Shown one piece after another: positions 59,634-64,000 of a stretch of 64,000 bases of DNA. Source of the stretch: an uncultured cyanobacterium (GTDB lineage: Bacteria > Cyanobacteriota > Cyanobacteriia > Cyanobacteriales > Cyanobacteriaceae); the NCBI GenBank assembly GCA_963710605.1, contig CAVQBA010000001.1, positions 256,001 through 320,000 on the forward strand, written 5' to 3'. The notes below the pieces were generated by a model. That model was not told where the DNA came from and ran no database searches. It was given only the letters and a program-made list of their open reading frames with translations. How positions within the stretch are numbered: the stretch's first letter is position 1; every line of letters begins with the position of its first letter. The translations under genes were made by a program, and so were the position numbers.

Positions 59634-60797
59634 TTATTTCCCCATTCCTAATTGTTGAGCTTTCTGATATACTTTTCCTTCTGTGAGTAATGAAGGTGCG
59701 ATCACTACTTCTACTTCTTGCATTTGTTTAATGTCTTTTGCACCTAATGTTCCCATACTAGTTTGTAAAGCACCTAATAGATTATGAGTACCGTCATCAA
59801 GTTTAGCAGGACCTGTTAAGATATCTTCGATCGTTCCTGTCGTACCTACATTAATTCTTGTACCACGAGGTAAAACAGGGCTAGGAGTCGCCATCCCCCA
59901 ATGAAAACCACGCCCAGGGGCTTCCTCCGCACGTGCAATAGGAGAACCAATCATTACCCCATCTGCACCACAAGCAATACATTTACAAATATCACCACCT
60001 GTAATAATTCCACCATCAGCAATAACAGGTACATAATTACCAGTCTGTTGTTGATAATCATCACGAGCGGCGGCACAATCAGCCACAGCAGTAGCTTGAG
60101 GTACACCGACACCCAAGACACCACGAGAAGTACAAGCCGCACCCGGACCTATTCCGACTAATACAGCCGCCGCCCCAGCCTTCATTAAATTGAGAGCGAC
60201 ATCATAAGTGACACAGTTACCCAAAACTACAGGCATGGGCATCTTGGCACAAAAATCAGCTAAATCTAAGGGCTCGATCGATTCAGGGGCTAAATAGTCA
60301 GTAGAAACAACCGTCGCTTGAATAAAAACCATATCAGCACCAGCCTCAGCAACGATCGAACCGTATTTCGTCGCACCCACAGGAGTTAAACTAACTGCCG
60401 CTATTCCACCTTTTTCTTTGACTTGACTGATTCTTTTTTTGATTAACTCAGGTTGTATCGGTTTGCTATATAATTCTTGCATCAAACCAACAAATTCAGA
60501 CTTCCCGATTGAGCTAATACGATCTAAAATAGGATTAGGATCTTCGTAACGAGTTTGAATCCCCTCTAAATTAATAACTCCCATCGAACCTAATTCAGAG
60601 AGTAAAACAGCCATATTAACATCAACAACACCATCCATTGCACTGGCAATAATCGGAATCTTTCTTTCTATACCACCGATAGCCATGGTTGTATCTGCTA
60701 AACTAGGGTCTAAAGTACGTATTCCGGGAACTAATGCTATTTCATCTATACCATAAGCCCTACGAGATTTTTTCCCACGTCCAATTATAATTTCCAC
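59634..60797 (-). CDS. guaB: GuaB3-family IMP dehydrogenase
   Basis: [23 protein letters not shown]; no CBS domains. Confidence 0.88.
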   Translation of the reverse strand: MEIIIGRGKKSRRAYGIDEIALVPGIRTLDPSLADTTMAIGGIERKIPIIASAMDGVVDVNMAVLLSELGSMGVINLEGIQTRYEDPNPILDRISSIGKSEFVGLMQELYSKPIQPELIKKRISQVKEKGGIAAVSLTPVGATKYGSIVAEAGADMVFIQATVVSTDYLAPESIEPLDLADFCAKMPMPVVLGNCVTYDVALNLMKAGAAAVLVGIGPGAACTSRGVLGVGVPQATAVADCAAARDDYQQQTGNYVPVIADGGIITGGDICKCIACGADGVMIGSPIARAEEAPGRGFHWGMATPSPVLPRGTRINVGTTGTIEDILTGPAKLDDGTHNLLGALQTSMGTLGAKDIKQMQEVEVVIAPSLLTEGKVYQKAQQLGMGK

Positions 60798-61032
60798 TTT
60801 ATTTCTACTATTAAGTTATTTGCTTAGATTATCAAATTTTCAACGATCGTGGCAATTTGAGCAATATCTAACTGAAAATATAATTGATAACTAGTATTTT
60901 TGCGATTAAATTTTAATGTCTTAGTCTAAATTTAAATGACGATAAATACGAAAAAGATATTTCTAAAATCTAGTGATTTGATTTGTACAATAGAATTAGG
61001 TTGTTTTTGCTCAGTAAAAGTGAAGGATTTTT

Positions 61033-61452
61033 ATGTTAGGTAAGTTTCAAACAAGTGAGTTACGGATTGAAGTTAAAGCTACAGAATTAGTAATACGTGA
61101 TGGTTTATTGAATTGTTCGCAACTCAAGCAGTGGTTTTCTCCTTTACAACTAAAGGGTGATTTTTCGAGTGAATTAACTTCTGGAGATGTTTTTATTTCT
61201 TCTGCGGGTTTGCTAGAGGTGGAAAATAAGGTCGAAATTATTAACAGTAATTGTTTTAATCTTCTTTTAAGTAAAGGTATTGACGGTTATCAGCAATGGT
61301 GTTGGGGTGATGGTTGGGTACAATCTCGTTTGGAGGGTGTTTCTGTTTTACCTCTTAGTTTAGGTCATAGTTTCAATTTGTTACGTTTGAGAAATTGGCT
61401 TAATAATCACGAATCATTAAAAACTACTACTAAAATAATTGAGATTGAATAG
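61033..61452 (+). CDS. Hypothetical cyanobacterial protein
   Basis: 139-aa ORF; GIDGYQQWCWGDGWVQSRLEG. Confidence 0.65.
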   Translation: MLGKFQTSELRIEVKATELVIRDGLLNCSQLKQWFSPLQLKGDFSSELTSGDVFISSAGLLEVENKVEIINSNCFNLLLSKGIDGYQQWCWGDGWVQSRLEGVSVLPLSLGHSFNLLRLRNWLNNHESLKTTTKIIEIE

Positions 61453-61542
61453 TTTTTATTTAATTGGTAAACAGATTCGATCGTAATTTTGATTTGACGG
61501 TGGGTATTACCCACCCTACATCAGTAATTTAATTATCAATTA

Positions 61543-62211
61543 TCAATTATCAGATCGATATTCAAGAGTCCAATGACGAGGAGAAGACTGATAAACTTGT
61601 GCTTTGTGCCAACCTATTTGTTGGGTAATTGCCTTTACTTCGGCAATAGTTAAAGCCGCATGCAATGAATCTTGAAATAATTTTTTTTGTCGAGGGCTAT
61701 AATCTAGATTTGCTTGTTCAACAATTTGATTAATTTGCTCTACTGAATCTGGACGTAGTAAGTCTCTAATCAAGACGTTACCATCTTTTTTAACAACTCG
61801 ATCGATTTGTTTAAATAATAAATACGGATGTGGTATATGATGAACCAAACTATTTGTCATCACCAAATCAAAACTATGATCAGGGTAAGGCATTTTTTTG
61901 CCATCAATTAACTCTAAGCGAATTCGATCGGATTTATTTGCTTGCTCGATATTTTTTTGTCCGAGTTTTAGCATTGATTGAGCTAAATCAACACCCACTA
62001 TCTCATACTCTGGACACAATTGGCTCAGAAACAAGGGAATACGAGCCGTACCCGTACCAATATCTAATACTTGTGTCTGTACTTGATTAATCTTTAATTT
62101 GCTGGCTAGAAGGGCAAAATCATAATTTACATCGCTAAAATCCATTTGATCATATTCTTGGGCTTCAGACTCATCATCCATTACTTCGGGTTCTAAAATA
62201 CGTTCAATCAT
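61543..62211 (-). CDS. Class I SAM-dependent methyltransferase
   Basis: LDIGTGTA, SFDLV..NSLVHH. Confidence 0.85.
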   Translation of the reverse strand: MIERILEPEVMDDESEAQEYDQMDFSDVNYDFALLASKLKINQVQTQVLDIGTGTARIPLFLSQLCPEYEIVGVDLAQSMLKLGQKNIEQANKSDRIRLELIDGKKMPYPDHSFDLVMTNSLVHHIPHPYLLFKQIDRVVKKDGNVLIRDLLRPDSVEQINQIVEQANLDYSPRQKKLFQDSLHAALTIAEVKAITQQIGWHKAQVYQSSPRHWTLEYRSDN

Positions 62212-62273
62212 AAAAACAAAATAACAGTATTCTTTATTTTTAATTCTTACTTTTTAATATCTAACTTTTGAAA

Positions 62274-62717
62274 TTAATAGAGAAAATCAGTTAAAATTTC
62301 ATCAGGTTCATCATCAAGTTCATCATCCTCATCTACAGGTGCAAGAGAATGTGGTGGTAATTTCTGTGTATAGTCACGCACAGTAATTTGATGTTGAACA
62401 AAATCCATCAGTTTTTCCTGAATCAATAAACGATTTTCTAACTCTTCTAGTTTGCTTTCTTTCGCCTCTAAAACGGTTAATCGATCGTTTAGTTGTTGAT
62501 CATGATCATCACCATCAATTGTCTGATTAGCCTGAAAATGCTTCGGTTTTGGTGTTTGTTGAGTAACCTGAGAATTTAAAGTTTGCTTAATCATTTCGAT
62601 TAATAATTCCTCAAGTGACTGCCCTTGTTGTTTTGCTAAATCATTTAATTGCTCATGCCATTGACTAGGTATTTTTAAATTGAGATTAAGAGGTTGATAG
62701 ATGATTTTTTTAGTCAT
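62274..62717 (-). CDS. Hypothetical protein (RHH-like N-terminus, coiled coil, acidic tail)
   Basis: ATG at 62717; DEPDEILTDFL tail. Confidence 0.6.
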   Translation of the reverse strand: MTKKIIYQPLNLNLKIPSQWHEQLNDLAKQQGQSLEELLIEMIKQTLNSQVTQQTPKPKHFQANQTIDGDDHDQQLNDRLTVLEAKESKLEELENRLLIQEKLMDFVQHQITVRDYTQKLPPHSLAPVDEDDELDDEPDEILTDFLY

Positions 62718-63064
62718 TAGATGAATTAAAAATTCAAAAGTATAAATACTACTGTGTTTTGTGTCAGTAAGCAAAAATATATTTTAAACTATTATCCTTG
62801 ACGATCGCAAAAACCAAATAACTGAGAATAATTTGCTCAACTTCTTTCATTAACCAGAAACTGAAAACAAAGCTGAACATTCATTATTATTAATTGATAG
62901 ACACTCTTGAGTCGCAAAATTACAAAAAAAAAGGGAATAAATCCCTCAAAAACAATTAGATAAGTCACACATTTACGAAAACTAAAATCGCAAAATAAAA
63001 TTAGTGCTGTAATTAAGAATATAATTTTGTTTAGTAAACTGATAAATAAAAAATTAAATCTTAA

Positions 63065-64000
63065 TTAAACTTTATATTTTCCACCTTTAGCAGGGTCACT
63101 CCAGTCACAAGCATATCCTTTAGTCTCAGCTACATATTGATTCCAAGGTATAGGAGCGACAGGGGCATCAGTAGCAGAAACAATTTCAAATAAACCATCA
63201 TCTCTAACTTGACCAATACGTACTGTTTTAGAGATATGATGATTAGGATACATTTCTACTTGTCCTTCAGGAGCATCAAATTGTTGACCAATAGCGGCTT
63301 CTCTGACTGCTTCTAAATCGGTTGTGCCGGCCGCTTCTACGGCTTGTTTCCAAAGATAAACCATAATATAAGCCGCTTCCATCGGATCATTAGTTACTCT
63401 TTCTTCACCATATTCGGCTTTAAAAGCTTCGACAAATTTGTTATTTTCGGGAGTATCAACAGTTTGGAAATAATTCCAAGCGGCGTAATGATCTTTTAAA
63501 TATTCAACCCCAATTTGCTTAACTTCTTCTTCGGCTACACTTACAGACATTACAGGGTATTGATCAGGAGTTAACCCAGCCGCTTGAATTTGTTTGAAGA
63601 AAGCAACGTTACTATCTCCATTCAAACTGTTAAAAATAACGCCACCGTTTGGTAAAGCACTTTTAATTTTAGTAATAATAGGAGTAACTTCAGTATTACC
63701 TAATGGTAAATAATCTTCGCCGACGGTTGTACCACCATTTGCTTCTAGTTGAGCTTTAATAATATTATTAGCAGTACGAGGGAAAACATAGTCTGAACCA
63801 ACTAAGAAAAATTCTTTACCTTTGTTTTCTAATAACCAATCTACAGCCGGTTCAATTTGTTGATTTGGTGCCGCACCAGTATAAAAAATATTTTTAGAAC
63901 ATTCCTGACCTTCGTATTGTACAGGATACCAAAGCATATGATTTTTGGATTCAAATACTGGTAATACAGCTTTACGACTAGCTGATGTCCAACAACCAAA
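63065..64000 (-). CDS. urtA: Urea ABC transporter substrate-binding protein, 3' part (starts beyond window)
   Basis: [10 protein letters not shown] at window edge, [25 protein letters not shown]. Confidence 0.92.
   Translation of the reverse strand, partial: FGCWTSASRKAVLPVFESKNHMLWYPVQYEGQECSKNIFYTGAAPNQQIEPAVDWLLENKGKEFFLVGSDYVFPRTANNIIKAQLEANGGTTVGEDYLPLGNTEVTPIITKIKSALPNGGVIFNSLNGDSNVAFFKQIQAAGLTPDQYPVMSVSVAEEEVKQIGVEYLKDHYAAWNYFQTVDTPENNKFVEAFKAEYGEERVTNDPMEAAYIMVYLWKQAVEAAGTTDLEAVREAAIGQQFDAPEGQVEMYPNHHISKTVRIGQVRDDGLFEIVSATDAPVAPIPWNQYVAETKGYACDWSDPAKGGKYKV

Overview
AT-rich cyanobacterial chromosome segment (Cyanobacterium/Geminocystis-like by gene content and a very frequent CGATCG palindrome core; this assignment is inference). 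Most of the window is housekeeping: mrp/mnh antiporter, TonB, rpsR/rpmG, metG, thrS, dnaK, rplJL, ald, pgm, futB, ndhCKJ, a class A PBP, era, cobB, apt, guaB3 and urtA, plus tRNA-Phe, tRNA-Arg and two toxin-antitoxin pairs. From ~34.0 to 52.1 kb, right after tRNA-Arg(UCU), lies a type III-B variant CRISPR-Cas locus: cas10-cmr3-cmr4-cmr5-cmr6/cmr1 fusion-CARF/HEPN (Csm6-like), then divergent csx18-cas1-cas2, a 37-repeat array and a WYL gene, with no cas6. The most notable unannotated structure is a second copy of the array's promoter/leader followed by one diverged but structurally intact CRISPR repeat (35759-35794), sitting in the putative 5' UTR of a His-rich membrane-protein gene. This cassette is sandwiched between an intact N-formylglutamate-amidohydrolase-like gene and a diverged, MITE-broken second copy of that gene's 5' end, which overlaps the Csm6-like gene. 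At least seven single-base frameshifts, including in essential thrS, suggest assembly errors, so individual frameshifts should not be read as real pseudogenes. All family assignments are from motif recognition by eye; no searches were run.
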